Shown here: positions 19,859 through 28,574 of the stretch, piece after piece
How positions within the stretch are numbered: position 1 is the stretch's first letter
How the letters are laid out: each line of letters starts with the position of its first letter
Source of the DNA: a virus
Lineage: Duplodnaviria; Caudoviricetes
Direction: 5' to 3' (one strand)
Virus record (IMG/VR): IMGVR_UViG_3300028603_000002
Coordinates: 64,001 to 128,000 of that record
DNA length: 64,000 nt
Translations under genes and position numbers: made by a program
Notes under the pieces: model-generated
What the model was told of the DNA's origin: nothing
Databases searched by the model: none
The model's input: the letters and a program-made list of their open reading frames with translations, nothing else

Positions 19859-19930
19859 GGCCCGTTCATCTAATGGCTAGGATACGCGACTTTCTATCGC
19901 ACAATGAGGGTTCGATTCCCTCACGGGCTG
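19859..19930 (+). tRNA. tRNA-Glu(TTC)
   Basis: GGCCCGT acceptor, GCGA-CTTTCTA-TCGC. Confidence 0.8.
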
Positions 19931-19940
19931 CAATAAAAAA

Positions 19941-20014
19941 GAACAGGTACTCAATATTGGCTTTGAGATAGGTCTGCAAAACCTAGAATGTGGGTTCGAT
20001 TCCCACCTTGTTCT
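19941..20014 (+). tRNA. tRNA-Cys(GCA)
   Basis: TAGGT-CTGCAAA-ACCTA, U73. Confidence 0.9.
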
Positions 20015-20021
20015 CAAATTC

Positions 20022-20095
20022 GCCTCTGATGCTCGTATGGTAGAGCACCGGACTTTTAATCCGGGTATAGCTCAGTTCGAATCTGGCCAGGGGCA
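20022..20095 (+). tRNA. tRNA-Lys(TTT)
   Basis: CCGGA-CTTTTAA-TCCGG. Confidence 0.85.
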
Positions 20096-20111
20096 CTAAA
20101 AACATTTTAAT

Positions 20112-20477
20112 ATGAAAACAGGATTTTATAATCTATCAACACTTTCTTTAGAAGAACTAAAGTCTTTTTATAAAGATACAATTCCTCTTTCATATTGTAT
20201 CATGTGTGAATCAAAATACACCACATATAAAAATAAATGGAGATCTGTAGATAATAAATACAATATCAATGATTATATTGAGAGAGTAAATCATGCTAAC
20301 CACAATGTTTGTATAGATAGATCAATTCAAGGAGCTAACCTCCCAGGAACTGAAAGAGGAGAGATTGGATTCAAATTACATGAAACATATGATAGAGACT
20401 GGCATCAAATAACATTCTATACTACATTAGAAAACTTTTATAAATTAGTTGACAAATTTAAACTAAAAGAATTATGA
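20112..20477 (+). CDS. hypothetical protein
   Basis: 121-aa ORF coupled to the next gene (ATGA overlap). Confidence 0.6.
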   Translation: MKTGFYNLSTLSLEELKSFYKDTIPLSYCIMCESKYTTYKNKWRSVDNKYNINDYIERVNHANHNVCIDRSIQGANLPGTERGEIGFKLHETYDRDWHQITFYTTLENFYKLVDKFKLKEL

Positions 20478-21169
20478 GATGTTTAGCAGTTGGTGATATA
20501 CACGGCAATTATGATGCATTAATGGATGTATTAGAAAAATGTAATTATGATCCTAATAATGATATGTTAATTGCAATGGGCGATTATACTGATAGAGGAC
20601 CTAAAAACATTGCAGTAGTAGAATTTTTATTATCAATTGGTCATTTTATTGGATTACTTGGAAACCATGATGTTTGGGTAAGAGAATATCTAAATGGAAA
20701 TTATAGTGGAATAGATTGGATATTGAATGGTGGAAAAGTAACATATGATGAATATGAAAAAGCAAAGAAACTTGGTTCATTTGATATTGGTCTACATAAA
20801 GAATTCTTTAATAGTTTACATGAATATTATGTCTTAGAATTGAATGGTAAGAAGTATGGATTCGTCCATGGTGGATTTTATTCGTGGGATGGATTAGGAC
20901 ATGATGATACAGTAAAATATACTTGGTGCAGAGAGTTGTGGGAAGATGTATTTAATGGGCGGAATGAATCAGTAAAAAATCAGTTATCACATTATGATAC
21001 ATTATTTATAGGACATTGCCCGACAAATTTATATGGTGTTAAACCAGATAAACTTCCAGTTAAATATGCAAATGTTATTAACCTAGACCAAGGTATTGCT
21101 TATGAAAATGGAAGATTAACAATATGTGATATAGAAACTGAACAATGTTGGCAATCCAGTAAAAAGTAA
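20474..21169 (+). CDS. metallophosphoesterase (Ser/Thr protein phosphatase-like)
   Basis: GDIHG, GDYTDRG, GNHD, FVHGG and GHCP motifs. Confidence 0.9.
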   Translation: MRCLAVGDIHGNYDALMDVLEKCNYDPNNDMLIAMGDYTDRGPKNIAVVEFLLSIGHFIGLLGNHDVWVREYLNGNYSGIDWILNGGKVTYDEYEKAKKLGSFDIGLHKEFFNSLHEYYVLELNGKKYGFVHGGFYSWDGLGHDDTVKYTWCRELWEDVFNGRNESVKNQLSHYDTLFIGHCPTNLYGVKPDKLPVKYANVINLDQGIAYENGRLTICDIETEQCWQSSKK

Positions 21170-21173
21170 AGTC

Positions 21174-21452
21174 ATGACTTGGAATTTCAGATTAATGCTT
21201 ACAAAACACCAACATCCAACAGGTGATCCTGATAATTCTTATACTATAGGAATACATGAAGTGTATTATGATGAAGATGGGTCACCTAACGGATACCATG
21301 AAAATCCTAGAGAGATGTCGGCAGAAGATATTAAAGGTATGGAATGGTTACTCGATGCTCTTCATGGTGCATTTGATAAACCAGTATTGTGGAATAGTGA
21401 TAGATTTCCAGAAGAAGTATCTAAAGAAGATTTAAAAGCCCTTGTAGCTTAG
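21174..21452 (+). CDS. conserved phage hypothetical protein
   Basis: WNFR...IHEVYYDEDG motif. Confidence 0.6.
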   Translation: MTWNFRLMLTKHQHPTGDPDNSYTIGIHEVYYDEDGSPNGYHENPREMSAEDIKGMEWLLDALHGAFDKPVLWNSDRFPEEVSKEDLKALVA

Positions 21453-21513
21453 CCTGGTTTAAAGCGCGTATTTTACATGTACGAGATCATTGGTTCGAAT
21501 CCAGTTGAGGGCA
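21438..21513 (+). tRNA. tRNA-Val(TAC)
   Basis: CGTAT-TTTACAT-GTACG. Overlaps the upstream stop codon. Confidence 0.85.
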
Positions 21514-21603
21514 CTAGAAAAATATATGAAAAATATTTCAAGAAATATTTGGTTAATTGGAAAACATTACTTATCTTTATTATGAAATAAAAGAGTATAA
21601 GTT

Positions 21604-22050
21604 ATGAAAACCGAACAATTAAACGTTCTTCAATTAGTTAGAAAATTCGATAATGGAGATTTTGACAATCCAAGTTTTGAAACTCAATGTGATGCTGGAT
21701 GGTATGATTGGTTTTGTAAACAGACTAGTTTAGCAGGCAAGACTAGAACATTATATAGAAAGGTTAAACAGTTATTGAAAACGAAGAGAATTCAAGAATT
21801 GAACCTTGAAAAAACATATGTGTGGTTCAAAAATAATTGTCCAATGAATGGTAGTTTATATGATGATATCCGATTTGCGGATATTGAGACAGGGCAGGTT
21901 TTATTTACTATAGTACCCAAATGCGGACATAGAATAAGTGAAGGGGAAAGGGCACAAATACATGGCAACCGTTTAAACCCAGATGATGAGTTTATAATGG
22001 ATGTGTACAAAGGTGATTGGAAAGGAGTATTAGAATTTCTTAATAAATAG
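21604..22050 (+). CDS. conserved phage hypothetical protein
   Basis: GWYDWFC and YVWFKNNCP...LYDD motifs. Own promoter at 21548. Confidence 0.65.
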   Translation: MKTEQLNVLQLVRKFDNGDFDNPSFETQCDAGWYDWFCKQTSLAGKTRTLYRKVKQLLKTKRIQELNLEKTYVWFKNNCPMNGSLYDDIRFADIETGQVLFTIVPKCGHRISEGERAQIHGNRLNPDDEFIMDVYKGDWKGVLEFLNK

Positions 22051-22110
22051 TTAACCCATATCAAATCTTCCATCAGGTAACAGCGTATAAGTGGAGACTA
22101 AGGGTTATTA

Positions 22111-22192
22111 AGGCGTATACCAGCCCATCCTGATAAGATGGAGAACTGTAGCAGGTAAGTTGAAAACATGGGTTCGAATCCCATTACGCCTA
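22111..22192 (+). tRNA. tRNA-Ile(GAT)-like, no D arm, long variable arm
   Basis: AGGCGTA/TACGCCT-A acceptor and CCATC-CTGATAA-GATGG. Only 7 nt in place of the D arm. Confidence 0.7.
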
Positions 22193-22395
22193 CAAAAAAT
22201 GTTCATTGAAAGATATAACTGGAACTTCCAGATGAAAGTGAGTGTCGAAAGCTCATTAGATAACGGTACAAGCCCGACCCAATTGGATGCTATCATTGTA
22301 ATCTGATCAGAAGTTATGACCCTCTGCCAATGCATTGTAAAACTTGAACGCAGTTAACAGTAGAGCGAGACGGGTACTCTACACAGTTATTTTTT

Positions 22396-22470
22396 GGACC
22401 TATAGTTCAGTTGGTTTAGAATTACTCGCTCATAACGAGGAGGTCGCAGGTTCGAGTCCTGCTAGGTCCA
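22396..22470 (+). tRNA. tRNA(CAT), Ile2 or Met
   Basis: GGACCTA/TAGGTCC-A acceptor, loop CTCATAA. Confidence 0.85.
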
Positions 22471-22472
22471 CT

Positions 22473-22559
22473 GTGTACGAATCGGATATGGTTTGCCGAG
22501 TCAGGTTGTGACCCTGGTGTGATGAAAGTCACGTGCGAGTTCGAATCTCGTCGTACACC
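22473..22559 (+). tRNA. tRNA-His(GTG) with long variable arm
   Basis: TCAGG-TTGTGAC-CCTGG, C73, extra arm GTGA-TGAAAG-TCAC. Confidence 0.8.
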
Positions 22560-22564
22560 TAATT

Positions 22565-22640
22565 GCCTGGAAAGCTTAAGTCTGGTATAAGCGGCGGTTT
22601 GTTAAACCGAGGATAGTGGGTTCGAATCCTTCTCTAGGCG
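22565..22640 (+). tRNA. tRNA-Asn(GTT)
   Basis: CGGT-TTGTTAA-ACCG, G73. Confidence 0.8.
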
Positions 22641-22734
22641 CAATTTCAAAGTTTAATTATTATGTTAATTCAATTATTATTAATAATTTTATTGTTTATT
22701 GGAGTCTTATACTTCAATACTAGAAAATAAGTAG

Positions 22735-23319
22735 ATGAGAATAATATTCGATATTCATGGAAAGATGCATCGGTATAAACAATTAACAACTGATGTCAAA
22801 AAGAGTGTACAAATAGGTGATTTAGGATTTAAAAGTCAACATGAATGGTTTTTAGCTAATATGGATTGTGATAATCATAAAGTATTATTTGGTAACCATG
22901 ATTATTATCCATATATAAATCTAAAACATTCGTTGGGTGATTTTGCTTTCTATGAAGGAATATTCTTTATACGTGGTGCTGCTTCAATTGATAAAGCATA
23001 TAGAGTTGCTTATAGAGATTGGTTCCCAGAAGAAGAATTGAATTTTAGACAAATGACTGAATGTTTCAATCTTTATAGTGAAATTAAACCAAAGATTGTA
23101 GTTAGTCATGATTGCCCACAAGCTGTATGCAAAGAATTATTCGGGCATCCAGGTTCTCACACAAGAAATTTTTTACAATTATTATTTGAAGAACATCAAC
23201 CTGATATGTGGTTATTTGGCCACCACCATCAAAATGTAGAATTGGTTCTTGATAATACTTATTTTAAATGTGGTGAAGAATTAGAATATTATGATATATC
23301 AGAAAATTTATTAAAATGA
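22735..23319 (+). CDS. metallophosphoesterase
   Basis: DIHG, GDLG, GNHD, GAASID, SHDCP and FGHHH motifs. Confidence 0.85.
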   Translation: MRIIFDIHGKMHRYKQLTTDVKKSVQIGDLGFKSQHEWFLANMDCDNHKVLFGNHDYYPYINLKHSLGDFAFYEGIFFIRGAASIDKAYRVAYRDWFPEEELNFRQMTECFNLYSEIKPKIVVSHDCPQAVCKELFGHPGSHTRNFLQLLFEEHQPDMWLFGHHHQNVELVLDNTYFKCGEELEYYDISENLLK

Positions 23320-23322
23320 AAA

Positions 23323-23396
23323 GGCGCTATGGCGGAATTGGCATACGCACATGTTTTAGGAACATGGTCTTGTGGGTTCGAGTCCCACTGGCGCTA
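23323..23396 (+). tRNA. tRNA-Leu(TAG), short variable loop
   Basis: CATGT-TTTAGGA-ACATG. Confidence 0.85.
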
Positions 23397-23401
23397 CTAA
23401 T

Positions 23402-23473
23402 AGCTTCATCGTTCAATTGGAAGGATACATGGCTACGAACCATGAGATGGGGGTTCGAGTCCTCTTGAGGCTA
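23402..23473 (+). tRNA. tRNA-Arg(ACG)
   Basis: CATGG-CTACGAA-CCATG. Confidence 0.9.
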
Positions 23474-23490
23474 CTAATAAAGGATATAAT

Positions 23491-24063
23491 ATGATAGAAA
23501 AAGGATACCAAATAAATGTTAATCAAACTTTAACAGTTATTAATGATGCAATTGAAAATAAAGGATTTCATCTATTAGAATCAGTTTTAGATCATATGAG
23601 GTTTGATCCATTATGTCCTAAATTAGATGGTTGGTTAAGAACATTAACTAAAGATGAGTTAATGAAATTGTTTTCAATGTATATTTCTTTCAGACATAGA
23701 AATGAGAAAAACAAATCAGGAATATTGGAAGATTTTATTGCTGAGTTTGAATTGATTATGGTATCTAAATTTATTGATTTTGATTTTAGATTAAAATTGA
23801 CAAATATTCCGGAATCAAAAACATATATTGATTTTATCAATGAGTATGAAGAACGTATACGAATACTAAGTCTAAAAGAATGTGCTGCAATAGTTGATGA
23901 TATTGAAAGATCACTAGTGTCAATTATACTATTAAAAGAAGATTGTATTAAATTGATTCAATCGGAAGGCGCAATAGATAAATGGAAGTATACAAGAACA
24001 GATAAATATAAAGAAGCGAGAGATATTATTTTAAAGTATACAAAATTAGCTCCCGTCATCTAA
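23491..24063 (+). CDS. hypothetical protein
   Basis: 190-aa ORF with an AAGGA RBS. The 3' end overlaps tRNA-Arg. Confidence 0.6.
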   Translation: MIEKGYQINVNQTLTVINDAIENKGFHLLESVLDHMRFDPLCPKLDGWLRTLTKDELMKLFSMYISFRHRNEKNKSGILEDFIAEFELIMVSKFIDFDFRLKLTNIPESKTYIDFINEYEERIRILSLKECAAIVDDIERSLVSIILLKEDCIKLIQSEGAIDKWKYTRTDKYKEARDIILKYTKLAPVI

Positions 24064-24120
24064 ATGGAAAGATATGGGTCTTCTAAACCTAACATACCAG
24101 TTCGAGTCTGGTCGGGAGTA
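24049..24120 (+). tRNA. tRNA-Arg(TCT)
   Basis: GGGT-CTTCTAA-ACCT. Confidence 0.85.
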
Positions 24121-24125
24121 CAATC

Positions 24126-24215
24126 GGTAGGTGATATTTTTAATGGAAAAATCCCCGTCTTGAAAACGGGTGGATCTCTGAGAAAGGGGTTGGGGTTCGA
24201 GTCCTCCGCCTACCG
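24126..24215 (+). tRNA. tRNA-Ser(TGA)
   Basis: CCCGT-CTTGAAA-ACGGG, long variable arm. Confidence 0.85.
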
Positions 24216-24235
24216 CAAATAAATCTTTAACACAA

Positions 24236-24406
24236 ATGAACGACTACACTATAATGTCCTTCGGAGAACATAAAGGAAAACATCTGAAGGATGTACCTGC
24301 CAGCTATTTCATATATCTACATGAAGAAAACATAGCCTTTGGACCTATTAAAAGATATATAGAAGATAACTTAGATGTATTCTATCACGAAGTTAACCAA
24401 AAATAA
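24236..24406 (+). CDS. DUF3820-like small protein
   Basis: MSFGEHKGKHLKDVPASYFIYL. Paralog of 56846..57034. Confidence 0.65.
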   Translation: MNDYTIMSFGEHKGKHLKDVPASYFIYLHEENIAFGPIKRYIEDNLDVFYHEVNQK

Positions 24407-24523
24407 TAATGAAGATATTTGGATAAGTTAAATACTTTTCTTATCTTTATTGTCTAATTAATTATTTGACTTGAATACTTAGTATCATGAAAAGACTTCA
24501 TAACAACATATAACTGAAACAAG

Positions 24524-24647
24524 CAAGGGGTAGTGTAATTGGCAGCACAGGTAAATTACATTACACGATTATTATTTAAAAATAAACATGTTTAGTGTTA
24601 CTCGCTTTCTGGTAGCCCTAGTCCTGGTTCGAATCCAGGCCCCTTGC
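24524..24647 (+). tRNA. tRNA-Gln(CTG)-like with 52-nt insertion in the anticodon stem (motif copy D)
   Basis: Removing 24552-24603 restores GGGCT-TTCTGGT-AGCCC. D arm, T arm and CAAGGGG/CCCCTTG acceptor intact. Confidence 0.7.
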
Positions 24648-24651
24648 CTAA

Positions 24652-24712
24652 ATTAAACATCTAGCAACTTACTCTTAAATTGACAATTAAATTAGTTGTT
24701 AGGATTATTAAT
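24652..24712 (+). ncRNA. stem motif copy E, in the 5' leader of the 694-aa gene
   Basis: ATTAA-ACAT-CTAGCAACT-TACT...AGTTGTTAG-GATTA-TTAAT. Confidence 0.7.
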
Positions 24713-24732
24713 CTTTCTAAATTTTTAAAGTT

Positions 24733-26817
24733 ATGGAAAAACATGAATTGAAGCACAAAATTACTTTCCTAAAAGTTAAAGGGCTTCATGTTAAACAAGG
24801 TTCTGATTCAGGTAATGATAGCCTAGTACATCAAATCAACCATGAGTTGATGGGTATAGGTTATATACTTGAAAAAGACCTATTTGATAGGTTATGTACT
24901 TTAAAAGAAGGGCAGTTAAATAATGTCTATCATGGAATTGTATCCGCTATAAAAGATGTAGTTGGTGATTCTGATGGATATGAGCCTATCTACAGAAACT
25001 TTCCTCAATCAGTATTAAGCAAGTCTCATTTTGAATTATTCGTCAATGCTATAATTCATTATTGGTCACTTGGTACTTGGAGACCCGAGGATGAAGAATT
25101 TCTTAATAGAGAAGTTAAGTTAGAAAAGGTTGAATTTAAACCTGTTAGATTGCTTATCGATGAACAATTCCACAAAGTATTTGAAAACATTGCTTATAGT
25201 GGTGAATCAATAAGTGCTTTTGATAAGGAAGCTATTGATTTTTATATTGATAATTATGATGCTGTGAATATTGAATTGAGTAAAATCAGGTTCAAAGAAA
25301 CTGCATCATATATTGGTAAGAGATTGATGGATAGTAAAATTCAAATGTTACCAACTAAATCTGCTACTACTGTATTGCGTATAATGAGTGCATATTCTGG
25401 AGGTGATGAGGGATTGAAGGAAAATACTAAATTCAAAAATCCATCAACCAGACAGTGTAATATATTACGTAGGACATTGGAGCAATGTTTTGATTTAGAA
25501 GATTCATTCAAAACATATCGTGAACCATGGTTAAGGTTGTTATTTTACTTGAATCCATTAGCTTCGAATAATGTTAAGAAGTACCCAAACCTTGCAGCAT
25601 ATACTAACCTATTAAGGAATGATCCTGGGTTGTTGGAAACATTCAATGCTAAAGTTGAAAAAGCATTGCAACATAAAAGTCCTGGTATATTTGAATTGTT
25701 GAAACACCGTCCAGGAGTATTTACTAGAAGATTAGATCATTTAGTACGGGTATTTGGTGAAGTTGCAATTGATAATTACCTTCAATTATCAAAATTATCA
25801 TTTGCTAATTTAATTGATGCATATAACCATTTCAGAAGTAGAGACAAAGTACAAAATTCCCGTTCTTCCGTAGTTGCATCAAGTAAAAGAAGCAATGCAC
25901 ATTCATATAAAGCATTAGATGCATTAGATTCAAAACTAGTAGTATCTATTACATCAAAGATCCTTAATAGGATGGTTGATATGAAGGTACAAGGTTTTGA
26001 GGATAAGAAAGTATTCATTGATCGTCAATGGTATTTCAAATCAATTCCAACTAATAATAGAGCGGCTGATTTATCATTAACTCAAAATGCATCATTTGAT
26101 TGTGAGTTATATGATGATAAGAAGAAATGTATCAGGATGTATGTACATTGGCCAGGTAGGTTTGATATTGATTTATCAGGTTGGTTGGTAAATGAAGACA
26201 GAACAGAAGTTCAGAAAATTGGTTGGAATGCTAGATATCATGACAGTGATGGTGCAGTTGTTTATTCAGGTGATAATACAGGTTATAGTGCTAAGAATGC
26301 TGAATACTTAGATATCAATATTCCGAAATTAAAGAAGAAGAGTATTGAGTGGGTAATAACTGAGGCTAGAGTATATCGAGGACCCAAGTTCTCAAAATGG
26401 TCAGGTCAAGGTGTCCATACAGGATTCATGGGTATTGATCATCCTGAAGCAAATAATAGATGGCAACCAAAAACATTGGAAAATGCCATTAAGGTAACAG
26501 TTGATACAGGTAATGTTTATTTAATTGCATTCCATATACCGACTATGAATGTTGTTTATTTAAACTTATCCAGTCCAGATAATAATAGTGTTTCAAATGC
26601 TGATACAGTATTGAAATTCCTAGATATGGTTGAACAAAATGCTGCTTTAGATTCCGGAGCTGTCGAATTTAGAATGTTGGAACTAGGTAGAAAGATAACT
26701 ATTGGTCACGCTATACAGATGAGAATGCCAGCATTATCTGATACGTTAGAAGGAGCGGATGTTGTATTTGATGAAAATACACAAGTTGAAGAACTTCTAA
26801 CAATAGTTAATGACTAA
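24733..26817 (+). CDS. large helical-repeat protein with C-terminal TerD-like domain (candidate Ro/TROVE-like)
   Basis: YEPIYRNFPQSV...NAIIHYW and RPGVFTRRLDHL in the N-terminal part. TerD-like DIDLSG, YSGD and AEYLDI motifs. Confidence 0.65.
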   Translation: MEKHELKHKITFLKVKGLHVKQGSDSGNDSLVHQINHELMGIGYILEKDLFDRLCTLKEGQLNNVYHGIVSAIKDVVGDSDGYEPIYRNFPQSVLSKSHFELFVNAIIHYWSLGTWRPEDEEFLNREVKLEKVEFKPVRLLIDEQFHKVFENIAYSGESISAFDKEAIDFYIDNYDAVNIELSKIRFKETASYIGKRLMDSKIQMLPTKSATTVLRIMSAYSGGDEGLKENTKFKNPSTRQCNILRRTLEQCFDLEDSFKTYREPWLRLLFYLNPLASNNVKKYPNLAAYTNLLRNDPGLLETFNAKVEKALQHKSPGIFELLKHRPGVFTRRLDHLVRVFGEVAIDNYLQLSKLSFANLIDAYNHFRSRDKVQNSRSSVVASSKRSNAHSYKALDALDSKLVVSITSKILNRMVDMKVQGFEDKKVFIDRQWYFKSIPTNNRAADLSLTQNASFDCELYDDKKKCIRMYVHWPGRFDIDLSGWLVNEDRTEVQKIGWNARYHDSDGAVVYSGDNTGYSAKNAEYLDINIPKLKKKSIEWVITEARVYRGPKFSKWSGQGVHTGFMGIDHPEANNRWQPKTLENAIKVTVDTGNVYLIAFHIPTMNVVYLNLSSPDNNSVSNADTVLKFLDMVEQNAALDSGAVEFRMLELGRKITIGHAIQMRMPALSDTLEGADVVFDENTQVEELLTIVND

Positions 26818-26908
26818 TGTTCAATGTGTTTAGGTGTAGGGAAGTATTGGAATTGTTATGATTCCTTACTTCCTTTTTAATATTTATTACTAAAATTGAG
26901 GGATATGA

Positions 26909-27436
26909 GTGATATTAGGTATAGACCCAGGAGGGAATGGTGGAATTTGTTTAATGAATCTAAATGGTGAAATTGTTAAGTATAACAAACTACATCCAAA
27001 AGGTTTTGATGACATTAATTCAATAAAGATTCTTTTAGAAGAATATATGACAACTGATGTATCACATATTTTTTTAGAGGATGTACATGCAATGAGAAAT
27101 GTACAAGCATCGGCTACATTTGGTTTAGGATTTGCATGTGGTTTTATTCGTGCTATATGTTTAATTTCAGAAATAGAAATTAAAATGATTCAACCTAAAG
27201 AATGGCAGAAGATAGTTTGGATTGAAAAGGATATGGTCAGAGAACCAACAAAGAGAAAAAAGAAAGATGGTTCATTCGTGATGAAGACACTAACTAAAGA
27301 AACTTCATTAAACAGTGCAAGAAGAATATGGCCGAATGAAACATTTTTTGCAACAAAGAGGTCGTATACACCGCATGATGGTATTATAGATAGTTGTTTA
27401 ATAGCCTTAGCAGGCACAAAAATAATACAGAAATGA
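26909..27436 (+). CDS. RuvC-like Holliday junction resolvase
   Basis: ILGIDPG, LE.VHA, F.LG...G, P..WQK and HDGIIDS.LIA motifs. Confidence 0.85.
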   Translation: MILGIDPGGNGGICLMNLNGEIVKYNKLHPKGFDDINSIKILLEEYMTTDVSHIFLEDVHAMRNVQASATFGLGFACGFIRAICLISEIEIKMIQPKEWQKIVWIEKDMVREPTKRKKKDGSFVMKTLTKETSLNSARRIWPNETFFATKRSYTPHDGIIDSCLIALAGTKIIQK

Positions 27437-27918
27437 AAGTTATTAGATATCTTCCGGGAGATGTTATTGGTTATGTAGACGCAACATGTGATGAATGTGG
27501 TTGTGACTTTGAGGTTGAATACGAATACGATGATACACCAATGAATAATAATGCAATATCATTTGAACCGGAAACCGTTATTGAAGAATTATTATTAGAT
27601 GATATTGCGGAATTAATGCTATATGATATGGAATCATTAAAAAAAGCTATTGATAGTGTTAGACAATAACTACATTCTAAATCTATTATTATACTATGTT
27701 ATCATTGCCATGGTAATAGATTTCCTATTATCCAGGTTACGATTGTACGTAAATGATGTAAATCTAAGCACACATATACCACCAGAATTAAGATTACTAA
27801 TAGCAGCTTGTTGGCCAATATGCGCAGCAATAGCTATATGTATTTTTATAGTGCTTATATTCATATTCATAGGAGGTGTAATATACGGTATTATAGAAAC
27901 AATTAAAAATATGAGAAA

Positions 27919-28173
27919 ATGAAATACTTATTACTTTTTCTATTGATTATTTTAATATATGGTTGCGCGGAACCATTAAACATACAAGAATGTATAACTG
28001 AAACACCCGCTGGATTTTGGTCGGGTCTTATACATGGTCTTATTGCTCCTTTTACTTTCATAATTAGTTGTTTCAATGATTCGATAACTATGTATGAAGT
28101 AAACAATATAGGTGCCTGGTATGATTTTGGATTTGTACTTGGATCAGGAATACTAGTTGGAAGTTCAAGATAA
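27919..28173 (+). CDS. membrane lipoprotein-like protein
   Basis: Lipobox-like YGC. AGFWSGLIHG and WYDFGFVLG motifs. Confidence 0.6.
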   Translation: MKYLLLFLLIILIYGCAEPLNIQECITETPAGFWSGLIHGLIAPFTFIISCFNDSITMYEVNNIGAWYDFGFVLGSGILVGSSR

Positions 28174-28184
28174 AATGCAAAGAA

Positions 28185-28574
28185 ATGAAATTCCTATTTA
28201 AATTAGTTTTAACGGTAGTTTTTTGTTTTAGCATATCCTTTGTTTATTCTCAACAGAACTCACGTTACATTAGAGTATACATAACCAAATCATATGAATA
28301 TGCGGGAAGAGTTGGAGCCAAAATAACATTCGTTGATAATATCTCACAGTGTGATTGTGTTATTAAGTTAACTAAATCAAATAACCAAAGATATATAGCT
28401 AGAGAAGAAGAGTATTGGAATGTAGTTAATAGTATACATATGGCTGATTTAATTGTTAGAGAATATACATATCAATCTAGTTTTAACCATGTTAAATTGG
28501 TGAGGATATATGTAGAAGAAAATCATAATAGAATTATACCAATGAATAAGTTATGTTCAAGGTTTTTTAGGTAG
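28185..28574 (+). CDS. secreted hypothetical protein
   Basis: N-terminal signal peptide. Confidence 0.55.
   Translation: MKFLFKLVLTVVFCFSISFVYSQQNSRYIRVYITKSYEYAGRVGAKITFVDNISQCDCVIKLTKSNNQRYIAREEEYWNVVNSIHMADLIVREYTYQSSFNHVKLVRIYVEENHNRIIPMNKLCSRFFR

Noticed and set aside
16394-22335. ORF calls 16394..16588, 17115..17315, 18754..19065, 19654..19869, 22108..22335 and the 5' part of 17364..17990
   Set aside because: They overlap tRNA, tmRNA or structured RNA genes and are shadow frames.
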